From: Hormiphora californensis
Taxonomy: Eukaryota; Animalia; Ctenophora
Assembly: GCA_020137815.1 (NCBI GenBank)
Contig: CM035355.1
Coordinates: 6,324,001 to 6,388,000 of the forward strand
DNA length: 64,000 bases
Direction of reading: 5' to 3'
Below are positions 1 to 25,254 of this stretch, piece after piece. A model generated the notes under the pieces. It saw only the letters and a list, made by a program, of their open reading frames with translations. It ran no database searches and had not been told where the DNA came from. Position 1 is the first letter of the stretch, and every line of letters begins with the position of its first letter. Made by a program: the position numbers and the translations under genes.

Positions 1-891
1 TACCATAGAAATACAGGGAGAGAGCGTGTTGCGGTAACACGTGATGTCGATAGCATTTCAATTGACTGCTCGCGGTACAAGAGAGAAGACAGCATTATAA
101 ATAAAGAGTTCAGTTATACAGAACGAGGAGAAAGAAAAGCATTTAAATGCTGAGCATAACTCTTTGTCTTCAGAACTCTTTGTCTTCAATAAATATTAAT
201 GGGGCCCCGGGCCATGGCAGGTAGTAGGTACCAAAGAGATCTGAGAGAGAGTGAGATGGAGAGGAAGATAGATATATGGAGGGAGATATATACAGAGATC
301 AGAGAAATACAGAGATCAGAGATAACTCTTTTTCTACCTCCTATCTAACTACATCTAATGCAAATTTGCTCACGGCAAACTACTAGGAGCCCAGAATGGA
401 AATGAGAGACCCGATCACAAACAGAGCAGGATTGAACTATATTGGAGAGCGAAATCAGAGAGCTTTTTCTCTCCAGGGATGGCTGAATAATTTTTCTCCA
501 GGGAGGGGGGGGCTGACCAAAATTGGAAACTAAGTATCACCTATTAATTCTATAACGGGCTACCTACTTATCCGAGAACTCGAATTGCAAAACTCAAACG
601 GAGAACTGAGTACTGCTCTGTTTTGGACAGAGAGAGAGCAGAGAGGGCTTGTGGAAGAGGCAAAACGGTGATCTGCGGTAACAGTTTAACAGACGTAAGC
701 TCTCCAACACGGTGCTTGGTTACTAACCAATGGTTAGCGAGGGGAGGAGGCAGTCGTTACCTCAACCTGGGGAGGAGGCGTAATGGGCCGCCCTCTCTCT
801 AACTCTGTCCGAGTGAATTCATTTGCCGTGTTCAAGAAACAAGTAGTAATGACCATTGATCATCGGCATAGCCCTCTATCTCTCTGTCTCG

Positions 892-924
<33 letters not shown>

Positions 925-985
925 CAGTAAAGCACGTGGGTAGTTAGAACGTGGGCAGTGGGAAGATGTAGAGCTCTACATAGAT

Positions 986-1021
<36 letters not shown>

Positions 1022-1291
1022 CCAGGCAGGGAAAGGAGGTCGGGTCCAATCATCCATCTAGCCTGGTCCCGTTTCTAATGGGGGTTCAAATTGGTAATGT
1101 GATAGTAATTATTTCTGTCTTAAACTGAACGACAATTTTTGTAAAACGGTCCGTTCAAAAGAATGGGAAAATCCCAAAACAAAACATCTTCTGACGCATT
1201 CCTCTGATAAACTACCTAGATATTATCACACTACACAAACACGTATTCAGTTCTCCGGAAACACCTCCTCAATTATATATCTTAAGATTGT

Positions 1292-4200
1292 CTATTGTTC
1301 TGTCGCAGCCACAGAAGTCTCTTGATCAGTCTTGCTTACTTCCGTCTCAATATCATCTCCTGCCCTGGACTGTGACGGCTGAAAATGGGAAAAAGGGTGT
1401 TAGAATATTTTCTGAAGGAACATCAAAATCAGGGCTGTTAAAGAGCTAAACTAAATGGTGTTGACACCCATGCTAGGGCTGTACGTGCCCTAATGTGATG
1501 CAAGAAGGGGGGCTCCGCAGGTCCTAAAGAATGCTGAAGAGAGAGAGAGGGGAGGTGTTGTTCTTACAAGAAAAGAACGGGATGCCTCACAAACACGTCT
1601 GAGACTTGCCCTCTATCTTTTCCTCTAACTTTCACTTTCATTGGGAGGGAGTAGGGGCGGCGGGAGTTGCTGGCTTGGCTACCGGGGTAGGGGCGGCGGG
1701 AGTTGCTGCCTTTTCCGCAGGAGTAGGTGCGGCGGGAGTTGCCGGCTTTGCTACCGGAGTAGGGGCGGCGGGAGTTGCTACCTTTTCCGCTGGAGTAGGG
1801 GCGGCGGGAGTTGCTGCCTTTTCCGCTGGAGTAGGGGCGGCGGGAGTTGCTGCTTTTTCCGCTGGAGTAGGGGCGGCGGGAGTTGCTGGCTTTGCTACCG
1901 GAGTAGGTGCGGCGGGAGTTGCCGGCTTTGCTACTGGAGTAGGGGTGGCGGGAGTTGCTGCCTTTTCCGCTGGAGTAGGGGCGGCGGGAGTTGCTGCTTT
2001 TTCTGCAGGAGTAGGGGCGGCGGGAGTTGCTGCTTTTTCTGCAGGAGTAGGGGCGGCGGGAGTTGCTGCCTTTTCCGCAGGAGTAGGGGCGGCGGGAGTT
2101 GCTGGCTTGGCTACCGGAGTAGGGGCGGCGGGAGTTGCTGCTTTTTCCGCTGGAGTAGGAGCGGCGGGAGTTGCTGCTTTTTCTGCAGGAGTAGGGGCGG
2201 CGGGAGTTGCTGTCTTAGCTACCGGAGTAGGGGCGGCGGGAGTTGCTGCTTTTTCCGCTGGAGTAGGTGCGGCGGGAGTTGCTGCTTTTTCCGCTGGAGT
2301 AGGGGCGGCGGGAGTTGCTGCTTTTTCTGCTGGAGTAGGGGCAGCGGGAGTTGCTGGCTTGGCTATCGGGGTAGGGGCGGCGGGAGTTGCTGCCTTTTCA
2401 GCTGGAGTAGGGGCGGCGGGAGTTTGTGCTTTTTCCGCAGGAGTAGGGGCGGCGGGAGTTGCTGCCTTTTCAGCTGGAGTAGGAGCGGCGGGAGTTGCTG
2501 CCTTTTCCGCTGAAGTAGGGGCTGCGGGAGTTGCTGGCTTGGCTACCGGAGTAGGGGCGGCGGGAGTTGCTGCTTTTTCTGCTGGAGTAGGAGCGGCGGG
2601 AGTTGCCGCCTTTTCCGCTGGAGTAGGGGCGGCGGGAGTTGCTGGCTTTGCTACCGGCGTAGGAGCGGCGGGAGTTGCTGCTTTTTCTGCTGGAGTAGGG
2701 GCGGCGGGAGTTACTGCTTTTTCTGCTGGAGTAGGGGCGGCGGGAGTTGCTACCTTTTCCGCTGGAGTAGGGGCGGCGGGAGTCGCTGCCTTAGCTACTG
2801 GAGTAGGGGCGGCGGGAGTTGCAGCCTTTTCCGCTGGAGTAGGGGCGGCTGGAGTTGCTGCTTTTTCCGCGGGAGTAGGGGCGGCGGGAGTTGCTGCCTT
2901 TTCCGCTGGAGTTGGGGCGGCGGGAGTTGCTGCCTTAGCTACTGGAGTAGGGGCAGCGGGAGTTGCTGCCTTTTCCGCTGGAGTAGGGGCGGCGGGAGTT
3001 GCTGCTTTTTCTGCAGGAGTAGGGGCGGCGGGAGTTGCTGTCTTAGCTACTGGAGTAGGGGCGGCTGGAGTTGCTGCTTTTTCCGCTGGAGTAGGGGCGG
3101 CGGGAGTTGCTGCTTTTTCCGCTGGAGTAGGGGCTCCGGGAGTTGCCGCCTTTTCCGCTGGAGTAGGGGCGGCGGGAGTTGCTGCTTTTTCCGCTGGAGT
3201 AGGGGCTCCGGGAGTTGCCGCCTTTTCCGCTGGAGTAGGGGCGGCGGGAGTTGCTGCTTTTTCCGCTGGAGTAGGGGCGGCGGGAGTTGCTGCCTTTTCC
3301 GCTGGAGTTGGGGCGGCGGGAGTTGCTGCCTTAGCTACTGGAGTAGGGGCGGCGGGAGTTGCTGCCTTTTCCGCTGGAGTAGGGGCGGCGGGAGTTGCTG
3401 CTTTTTCTGCAGGAGTAGGGGCGGCGGGAGTTGCTGTCTTAGCTACTGGAGTAGGGGCGGCTGGAGTTGCTGCTTTTTCCGCTGGAGTAGGGGCGGCGGG
3501 AGTTGCTGCTTTTTCCGCTGGAGTAGGGGCTCCGGGAGTTGCCGCCTTTTCCGCTGGAGTAGGGGCGGCGGGAGTTGCTGCTTTTTCCGCTGGAGTAGGG
3601 GCGGCGGGAGTTGCTGCTTTTTCTGCTGGAGTAGGAGCGGCGGGAGTTGCTGCTTTTTCCGCTTGAGTAGGGGCAGCGGGAGTTGCTGCTTTTTCCGCTG
3701 GAGTAGGGGCGGCGGGAGTTGAAGAGGCGGCGACTATCTTGGGAGAAGCTGTCTTCTGTCTAGGTACGGGAGATGGACCTGGTGTTGTAGATTTCAGTTT
3801 TGGAGTTGGTGACCTTAGTTTCGGAGAGGGTGTTGGGGTCTTCTGTTTTTGGGATGGAGTAGGAATCTTATCCAGCACAGGTGTAGGGGTAGGTGATTTC
3901 AACTTCGGAGTGGGAGTGGGGGTCTTTCCTTTTGGACTTGGTGTTGGTGTTTTCTCCTTTGGTTCTGGGCTTGGTGACTTAAGTTTCGGCGTCGGGGACT
4001 TTTCTTTGGCAGGGCTGGGTGTGGGAGTCTTTTGTTTTACCGGGCTCGGTGACTTCTCCTTTGTGGGGCTCGGTGATTTCTCCTTTGCAGGGCTGGGGGA
4101 CCTTTCAGCTGGTGATGCCTCTCTAGAAGAAGCAGCCTCCTCATCCTCAGACCCCTCGAAATCATCCTCTCCATAACTTTCCTCACTCTCCTCGCTCTCC

Positions 4201-5390
4201 TCATCTTGCCCCTGAACAAAGGCTCGGCCCTGTTCCAACGGTGGAAGTTTTACCCCAGACGCGCTTGTGGGCTCCTCCTCTTCATGGTCACTGTCCGATT
4301 CATACTGCAGATGGGGAGGGATGTGTGGTGTGTTTTCAATGGCGCATACAACATGCAATGTTAATTGCTATGGCTTTATGGACTTACCTCTGTTGCTTCC
4401 CGTGTCACGGTGGTCCTCTGTCGGGTTGATGCCTGGTTGAGAAAGGGATATATTTGGGCCTCACAGTTTATAAATGCATGCTCTATATAAAGCTCTCTAA
4501 CGTCCCTCTCCACATTAAAAGAGTGCGTGTTTCCATGGCAACCACACTTACCCTGGTTCCCCTTGAGTTCTGCCTGGATCGCCTTTTTTCCTCCTGCATC
4601 TGCTGGTACCAGTCGTCACTGTATCTCCTTATGCTTCCCATATACTTCTTAGTATCTACCCAATCGTCTTCCTGGATGAGCGGGGCATTAGTGAATTATT
4701 CAAAATTTCTCTACTAAGTCCCAAGTGGTCAATGAATCCTGGAACATTGTACTGGCAGAACATACCCATTTCTTGACGCTGTATTGTGGTTGTTTCGCCT
4801 GTATCCTCGCCAATATCTTCTGGTTTTCCAGCGTCACTCTTATCAACTCTCGGGTTCTCTTCGCTTTGTTCAAACTGTATAGAGCAAGGCAGGGAATTAC
4901 AAATACAAAGGGGAACAGAAATATTGCTTGGTTATCTTCCCAGTTATCTTCCCAGTCCTAAACAGGATTTATCCCCGTAATTACCTTTTTGGCTCGTAAC
5001 CATTCCAGTTGTCCACTCGGCCTCGAGTTCTCATAATCTCAGACATTCTCTCCAGCAAGTGCCTGTTATCCCTATCAATCACAGCATGCCTCTCTTCATC
5101 AAGCTGACGAAAGGAAGGTATTTAAGCAGGAGTCACTGGATAAGGACTAAAGGTAGAGTGCTACTGCTATAGGTCCAAAATGTTAGAGAAATTAAAGTTT
5201 GGGACTCGACTCCTACCTGTAGTTTCTTGAGTTTCGACTGAAGGTGAGCGTAGGTATGCGGTGAACCAGTATCGACAACAGACTTGGCGTTAGCCACCTT
5301 TTTCCTATGCATGTCGTGCGCTGCCCCATCCCATCTCTTCTTCAGGAGTTTGTTGGTGGCGGGCTTCACCGGCTGGTAGTTCTTATGCAT
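1292..5390 (-). CDS. CFAP97D2: CFAP97/KIAA1430-domain ciliary protein (CFAP97D2-like) with a very long Pro/Ala/Thr/Lys C-terminal repeat; about 7 exons
   Basis: Spliced reading MHKNYQPVKPATNKLLKKRWD...HRKKVANAKSVVDTGSPHTYAHLQSKLKKLQ|LDEERHAVIDRDNRHLLERMSEIMRTRGRVDNWN|SLNKAKRTRELIRVTLENQKILARIQ matches the CFAP97D1/D2 (hemingway-type) domain. GT-AG introns join exons near 5217-5390, 4985-5103, 4765-4875, 4552-4671, 4388-4432 and the long repeat exon starting ~4305. The ORF track stop is at 1638, but a phase-0 terminal exon at 1292-1378 (PSQSRAGDDIETEVSKTDQETSVAATEQ*) fits if one C is missing at ~1645. Confidence 0.8.
1648..3720 (-). repeat. Coding tandem repeat, 36-nt unit (AATPAAPTPAEK / VAKPATPAAPTP), about 57 copies
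   Basis: 36-nt periodicity visible directly (ggagtaggggcggcgggagttgctgctttttccgct). Includes an 11-unit higher-order duplication (3001 vs ~3397). Confidence 0.97.
4529..4542. promoter_or_regulatory. RFX X-box (GTTTCCATGGCAAC) in an intron of the ciliary gene; an X-box half-site (cctagcaac) also lies at ~5488-5496 upstream
   Basis: Matches the GTNRCC-N-RGYAAC consensus, and RFX controls ciliary genes. The motif is abundant across the whole window, so function here is uncertain. Confidence 0.4.
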
Positions 5391-6253
5391 CTTACCAGGC
5401 TAGATAAGGAGTTGTAAAATAGCAAGGGTGGTTTTATGATTAGTATCAAAGGAATGGTTTTATAAAAAGGTGGTACAAGCTCGAGCGCCTAGCAACAAAC
5501 AAATTGAAGTAATAATTATTCCAAGCCGGCTCGCAACTGATCTTTCGAGAATAATTTGATTTGTGTATCAGCGAGAGACTCGCTGCCGGTAGAGCATTTC
5601 AAACAGGGGTCATGCTCTGAGCATGAAAATACTTTAGAGGGAGCATGAACAAAAATGAAACCTCGGGTTAGAGGGAACAGCTAGCAAGAGCTGCCCTTCA
5701 AGACCATCAAATACCAAGGGAGACAGGGCACCCTCATGGATGACTGGTAAAATCTTCTACGATACCCTTCTGAGATCTGGAGAGAGCGAGAATCGAACAA
5801 GTGCATTAGCGTCCCGCATACAGGGAAGATGGGGGTTGCTATGGCAATCGACGGGGAGCTCAAATATCAGAAATAAGTTATCTGGCTATGAGAGGGAGAA
5901 AGAGAATATATAATATGAGTGCTAGTTGTAATATATTCTGTTACTATGGTTACAAGCTAAGGATGATATAGGGAACGACAGGAAGGGTGAAATGAAGAAC
6001 ATGTACGAAAAGCTGTAAAGTCTGAAGTGTATCAACACTGAAAGAACCAAGAATTGGTGACGTGAGAGTGTATGGGACATAACAATCTTTGAAAAACGAA
6101 GACTAGAAAGAAGAGATGTAGTGTAGCATCTCTATAGAGATGAGTAACACGTGAGGGACATGTGATCGAGTTCGAACAAGCATGCACGCCTATCCCCCTT
6201 CTCTCTATCTTTCTATCTTTCTCTCCCTTTTTCTCACTATCTCTCTCTTTCTA

Positions 6254-6327
<74 letters not shown>

Positions 6328-8192
6328 ACTCTACAGAACCCATTCACTAAAAGATGAAACCTTCCGCTTGAAACAGATTAACATTCTACGGAATCACTCT
6401 TACGAGAGTAAACATACTCGACAATTATTTAAGATGAACCTTGCTCAAGATTATTAACTTTTCAAAGACATATATACTTGAATTCCAGTGACTTGTACTT
6501 GGATCCAGTGACCACGGTCTCTTTTCAGTTTTCTGACTGTTTTCTCCATACAATTTCTCGTCTTCTTTCGATTTTTAGCTTTTGAGGCTGAGTGTATGGT
6601 CTGTAAGTCCATTTTGAGGCTGAGTGTATGGTTCGTAAGTCCATTTTCCATAGAAAAATGTTTCATCCAATTTTCGTTGGTTCTTTCTATCTGTCTACCT
6701 TCGTTTTCTATATGGTCAACTTTGTTATCTCTTTACCATGATTTTATTATAATTATAGTTTATAACGTAACACCTAACCGTAACACCTAACACGTAACAC
6801 CTAACCCGTAACATATCCTCTTCTAGATATATTTTCAGCAATTTCAGATTTCCCTTCCAATCCTCCACTTCATTCCTAGGGATCCTCCTCCTGCTATATC
6901 GGAACACCACCCGCCCTACAAGCCTGTGGGACACTAATATTGTTTGCGTGTTTACTTTTCTGTGTGTTGTGTGTCCCTCGCATGGGGCTGGACTATCGAA
7001 CTCTATATGTTTTATTTGTGTGTGATACTCTGCTTGTTCGATGAGTCCTAATTTATATTTCAAACCAACCAACCAACCAACTCTCTCACTCTCTTCCTTC
7101 TAACTCTTCTCCTACGCTCAGAGATACTGTGCCTTGTAATGACAAGCATACGCAGAGGAAGCTCAAAAAGCAGAGAAATAAGAAGAAGGGTCATATAGAG
7201 AGAGAGATTGAGAAGTACTCTCCTTATAAGGAGAGAGAATCAGTAGAGAGAGAGAGGGGGAGTAAAGAGAGATAGAATTGGGGAGATCTTGCAGATTTAA
7301 TCCGATTGAAGCGTAACTTATCTAATGAGTTAACTTCTCAATTGCTCCCTGAGAATAGTTCTCTCTCTCAGATTTGCTGCCAATACAGCATGACATGTCG
7401 TCCAATCCTAGGTGTGGGCTACACCATGCAGTAGGCTATTTCTATACAGATTATAGGTACAATAGAAGGAGACGGTACAGTATAATGAGACCGAGACTAA
7501 TCCTAAACTCTCCTCTACTATAGGATAAATTAGGTTCGGTTGCTCAGGGAGATTCTGAGAGAGAGATAACTAAATACGCATACAAATTACAACAAAACGA
7601 GCGTAAAGGAGCTTTGTTTTCTGACCGCAGAGCTCTGTCTCTTTCTTTCTCTGTACAATCCCTCTTTTTCTCTATCTACCTATCTAACTCTCTCTCTGAT
7701 ATCTCTCTTTCTCAGATAGGCTCATAACTTCTCTGTCCGTACAGTAACCATGACAACACACAGACACGGAAATGCAACAAACATTATCCTCAAGGCTCAA
7801 ATGTTCCATTACCCAAATCGTTTTCTGCCGCCAGTCTCTAACTCATAATTGCCCGGGTCACCCGTTATTTTAGAATGAACGAGAGAAGCTTCCCTTCTCC
7901 TGACAAGCAAGAGGTTGACCCGGGCAATTTTACCAAGATAAACAATTCAAACAGCGTTATGTACGGGGTGTGTAAAACATTGACTTGTAATATTATACAC
8001 AAAAACGCATTGGGGCAAGACTGATTTACACACGCAGACTGTGTGAGGGGGTGAATTTTGGGGGTTAACAACAGAAAACAGAGCGTCTTTCTCTCAAAGT
8101 CCTTTTCTTCTGATACACACACACACAGACAAACAAATTGGTAACCGGCGAAGTAGATCACATGACGACTGGGTCACGTTTCACAGCTGATG

Positions 8193-20489
<12,297 letters not shown>

Positions 20490-20929
20490 CAAACATAAAA
20501 TACGGGGGACCTAAGGCTAAACTGAAATCTGGGTGTGGTCATTGGGGTTGAACTTTTAAGGAATTGCACTTGCGAATGGGAGGTATCAGGAGTGTACTTG
20601 TTATTTGTTTTACGCTATCTGCCATCACCCTTGCCATTTTTCATCTCTCTCCTCAAACTTAAGTTCCTACTTATGAACAGCTATCAACTAATACCTGATA
20701 CCCATAATCATACCAACTAGAACGTGCGATACAGCTTACTTCCCAGCACCCAGGGGTACAAAAGTCAAAAACACGAAGTTGAGTGCTTAAATTTTTTTAA
20801 AAGACGAAATTTTCTCAAACTGAGAGTTAAGTCAAGTTTTTAAATTTTTTAGAAGAGTTTAAAATGCATTCAACTTATGAAATATTTCGCGCGTTACAGT
20901 TAATGCAGTGCATTAATATGAACAAGATT

Positions 20930-21300
20930 AAGAGCGCGCGACCGCCCTCGCTTAACCTCGTATCGTGGCCGTCCGGAAAATGTCTCTTCTGCTGTCTCTT
21001 TTCTGGTTTCCCTCCTACGGTAAAGTCCATTTTTTTTCAACTGTTCACCCAAAAACTGAAATTTGATAAAAATTAGAATTTGGGTGGCGCGCGCTATACG
21101 TTAACATGTGATAAACGCGCAAAACAATTCCGTGCACGACTTTGGGGGGTGAACAGTTGAAAAAAAATGGAGTATAAAGTCCATTTTTATTCAACTGTTC
21201 ACCCCTCAACTCGTGCGCGTGCGATATTTTAATTTACGCTGCGCGCGCTACACGTTAACATGTGATAAACGCGCAAAACAATCCTACGGTGTCAGCTACG
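20930..21300. repeat. Degenerate repetitive element (internal direct and inverted repeats) in the divergent intergenic region
   Basis: gcgcgcgcta(t/c)acgttaacatgtgataaacgcgcaaaacaat occurs at ~21087 and ~21241. gtccattttt..tcaactgttcaccc occurs at ~21025 and ~21179, with an inverted copy at ~21147. Confidence 0.55.
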
Positions 21301-21647
21301 GAGGCTGCGATTTTTTTTCTTCAATTTCATCTTGTTATTCATACTCTTGGCACTCTTTGCATGTCCTGAGTTTGGTTATTGGTACACAGAGCCAAAATAA
21401 TAGCCCGATTCTAGGCGCTTGCAGGCAGGCCAAGATGGTGACTGGATCTAACTTGAATCCGTTTGTAATTTGTGGTAGTACCTTCCTGAGAACTACTCAA
21501 TGTTTGTGGCGAAAGATTGGACTCTCCCAGCATACACAACTGAATATGGTGTAAATCTGGATTTTGGTGTATTTGTGTGTAATGAGCGGACAATAGGGCA
21601 AGAGAGTCACGTGCTTTGAAACACACAATGGCTTTCTAATTCTCCAA

Positions 21648-24600
21648 ATGCTCCTGTTTATTTTCTTTGCTCTCCGTGCCTCCGCACAGTGCAGTAAGTC
21701 GAGGGAAGTTTGCAGCGAGGAATCTATCCATGGCCATGAGAGAAGGTACCACAAATTCTCCCCATCCTACTGCTCGTACTCCCCTCAGACTGAGCTGAAC
21801 ACCTGCGGTTGGAGAGGGATTGCTGAACAGGATTGTCATGATGCAGGGTGTTGCTTTGCAGAGGGAATCTGTTTCACTCCGACCCGTCCTGTAGAGCTAC
21901 AAACAGTCTTCTATAACAAGTGGATGACGTATGATGTCGCTGTCTTTAAGTGTCAATCCCTGGGGATGCATGTGTTCTGTGCAAAACAATCTGTTGATTT
22001 GGATTACGTTGCAAACTCCACCTGTGGACCTGTATGGCTTGACAAGGATTGCCTGACTTGTGAGGGACAGCAGCAAGCTGATCGGAGGTTTCTGTTTTGT
22101 GCAAATGAGAAATGGCCATCTTTTGTTCACCCGTTTCCCCAGCACACCCCCGGAAGAGCAGTTCTCGAGTGTGCCTCTAGTGGAAATGATAGTGAGGTCA
22201 ACTGGTTTTACAGGTCAGTGAGCCACAAAGTAGCTACAAAAAGGGGTCATCATATCACGATTATATCACGACATTTATTAATTTAGGGACAATGAGTCAC
22301 AATATCAACGAACCCGTCCCTTCAGTCAGTGATAATAAGTCTCGGAGTTGCGTCCCATTATCTCTGAGCCCCCTTTATTATCAGGAACAGGGAGGGAGTT
22401 GAGAGTGTAATGAACGTGACAGGTAAATGGGTAACTGCGCTACAACCTGGTCGTTACAGATGTGATATGGGAGGGCTAACTGCTTACTCTTATTATCATA
22501 CCCCCGTTACTTACAACATCACCATTTCCATCCAGTAAGTTGAACTGCGAGCTGATTATTATATTTGTTTGTGAACGAAAATGAATTCAATCTGTTTGTA
22601 GAGAATTACAATCCTGAATTATATCTGTTTGTAAGATAATAGCGAGCTTATTATATCTCATTTCAGATCACCTTCAGAAGATTACCCACGAGTCTCCAAC
22701 CGGCCAGTCTCCCCTGGTGATACCATCTCCCTCCTCCAACATGATTCAGTCACCCTAGTGACCACCTTCCTGTCTGGGTACCCTCTACCAGGTGTCACCG
22801 TTACCAGTGGTGACACTTGGACCCTTGCCAGCTCGGATAATGACGTTATGGTGTGGTTCACCAATAACTTTGCGAAGGAGCAGTGGTTATACAGGAGCAA
22901 GTTTAGTGATAAAGTGAGGGTGAAATTTAGCTCTGTTGTCCAGGAATTGGAGGATTTTGTATTCGTGCTCTCCAAAACCTTCATAGTTACAGATGTCCCA
23001 TCGCGACAAGTGGTAACCATGGAAACTACTAATGGGACCAAGACTCTCAACTGCTCTGGGCATGGTATGGGGTCGCTAGAGGACACAAAGACTTGGTGGT
23101 TAGATCAAGATGGGTCCCTCCTATCCCCTACCTCCAATACCACACTTATTGTGAATAATGTGCTAGGGAATGTAACGTGTCTGCTGGATAACGGTTCAGG
23201 ACACCAGCTAACGCGTGAGTTTCTGGTGAGGTCACGCGTTGCTCCTAACGCAGTCGGAGTTGCCTTGGTAACCACTGATTCCCTGCCATTTCACACAACA
23301 TTCCATGTCCCTATATCACGTGACTTGTGGGAGGGGTTGATTTATGAGATGGAGGTTAAGAGGAGCGATGGACAGGTTACTAGGGAAAATGTTACCATGG
23401 TAACTGCTGAGAGTTCTAAAGATTATCTTGATAAAAACCGTTGGATTTATGAGATCTCTGCTGAGACGAATGCCTACAAATACCGTACAAGGGCTGTTGT
23501 TATGAACAAATTCGGTCGGTCCCCTTCCTCTCCGTGGTCCCCTTGGTCTGTCATCACGTCCAACCACCTTCCATTCCTTCCCTTGGTCTCCCTGCATTCT
23601 GTATCCATGACAACCGTCACTCTAAACATATCTCACCCAGAAAGTGAGGATATTTGGGTTGAACTTAGTGACGGCTTCCAACTCGCTATTTCTGCTTTTA
23701 TTGAACTCGGGAAACTGAAAACTTTTAGCAACCTGACACCCGGTACACAATACAGAGTAACAGCTACTGCTACTAATGGCACTCTTGCTTCGGATGCGGC
23801 TGTATTTTCATTCCACACTCTATCTGCACCTCTTGCCTCCCCAGCTACCTTGGTTGTTCAGAGGGTCAATGTTAAGGAGGGAAAAGCAGTGATTCACAGT
23901 TCCTGGTCGTATCCTGGTACCAGGGATTCCCTGTCCGGGTTCCTCCTACTAGTGGAGAGAAATGGGGAGGAGATCCGGAGAAAGCATATCTCCCCATTCT
24001 CCTCAATAGCCCTCGTATCTGGTTTAAAGTTAGACCATGTTTATGTTGTGTCAATTCTCGCTGTGGGTAAAGATGGCACCACCAGTACCCCGGTTACGCA
24101 CACCCTCAAATTATCTGAATCCTACTGTCCTCTTCTCGACAAAGCACCCGAGATCTGCTCAGTAGTGCTGCGAAATAAGGGTCAGGTGGCACAGGTCTAC
24201 CTGCACAAGCCGTCAGGACACTTTAGTGAAACAGGATGTTACCATGGTAACGGTACTGGTTACCATGGTAACGCTAACAAAACCTTGGCAGGTTACCCTT
24301 GTATCACGTGGTCTGCTGCTCCTGATTCAACATACCACAACCTCACCGCAAATCACTGTTCCAACCCGGGCGGAGAGAGATTCTCCCCCTGGTGTTTCGA
24401 TCGTCTGGGAGAAAAGCAGACATGTGCAGTGTTCCCTTGTGGCGCTCTAGTAACCAATATCACCACCAACTCTAACAGCAGCCTAAAGCAAGGCACAAAG
24501 GAGATTTGCATGCCTATAGGGTATCACGATACCTCCATCACTGTCCAAACTTGGTATAGTTTCGGAGATGATCAACCGGGGGAGGGGTGCAGTGGGGATC

Positions 24601-24842
24601 CCACCATCACGACCATCCCCATAACACGGCCTGAGAAATCATTTATAAAGATGGTCCGATCCAAGTTGTGGTTCCTGTACCTCATGATAGTCTTGTGTTT
24701 AGTACAGTTAGTGGTAGTTATCCTGGTGATATTGTACTTTAGGAGGAGGCTGGTTAGGGTCCTTCAGCAGAAGATAAGGGATGAGTTTACTAGGAAATCT
24801 ATCAGGCAGGTCTTCACTGAAATGAGCACAGACACTTATTAG
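21648..24842 (+). CDS. Type I membrane protein: signal peptide, trefoil (P) domain, C-type-lectin-like segment, Ig-like, FN3 repeats, kringle, TM helix, short tail; 3 exons
   Basis: Trefoil CGWRGIAEQDCHDAGCCFAEGICF. Ig AVLEC...VNWFY plus exon ~22385-22534 QPGRYRC. FN3 YKYRTRAVVMNKFGRSPSSPW and FSNLTPGTQYRVTATATNG. Kringle CYHGNGTGYHG..GYPCITW..NHCSNPGGERFSPWCF..C. TM LWFLYLMIVLCLVQLVVVILVILYF-RRR. The start codon is uncertain. Confidence 0.8.
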
Positions 24843-24995
24843 TGTAGAGAATTGGAGTACTGACACTTAGTATTAGTGTGCAGAATTGAAGTATGGACCT
24901 CTTCTTTAGTGCAGAGAATTATTATGTAGCTCACAATGCATTTTATTTCGCTTATTTTAGTTCACGCTCTGTGAAGGTTCGACAGAGCAAGACAA

Positions 24996-25254
24996 TAAAG
25001 TCGGATTTTTTGAAGTTGTCACCCCCTGTGTGGCGTGTAATGTTTTATTTGCGGACCGGAAACTTGTTTTGGCTCTCACGCATTTGTTTCTTGACCAATT
25101 TCATCAAACAAAAACTTTACAATCTCACAAAATTATGCTCTTTCAGATGATATGCGGCTTTTTGCCGAAAAGTGGGAGCAAGTGGGGGCTGTCACTCGCA
25201 AATATGACGCCGCGCGACAAAATGGGGGTGACAACTTCAAAAAATCCGACTTTA
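24996..25254. mobile_element. MITE with 31-bp perfect terminal inverted repeats (possible TA target-site duplication)
   Basis: TAAAGTCGGATTTTTTGAAGTTGTCACCCCC at 24996-25026 and its exact reverse complement at 25224-25254. Confidence 0.8.

Noticed and set aside
631-694. Possible + strand exon (ag...gtaag)
   Set aside because: Isolated, with no recognisable product or partner exons in the window.
1606-4176. Long + strand ORFs (686 aa Gly/Ala/Val, 290 aa Cys/Arg/Gly, 145 aa)
   Set aside because: Antisense shadows of the 36-nt coding repeat. The minus frame is the one spliced to a recognisable domain.
5680-7100. Short ORFs that might be decayed coding or retroelement sequence
   Set aside because: No recognisable motifs or consistent splice structure.
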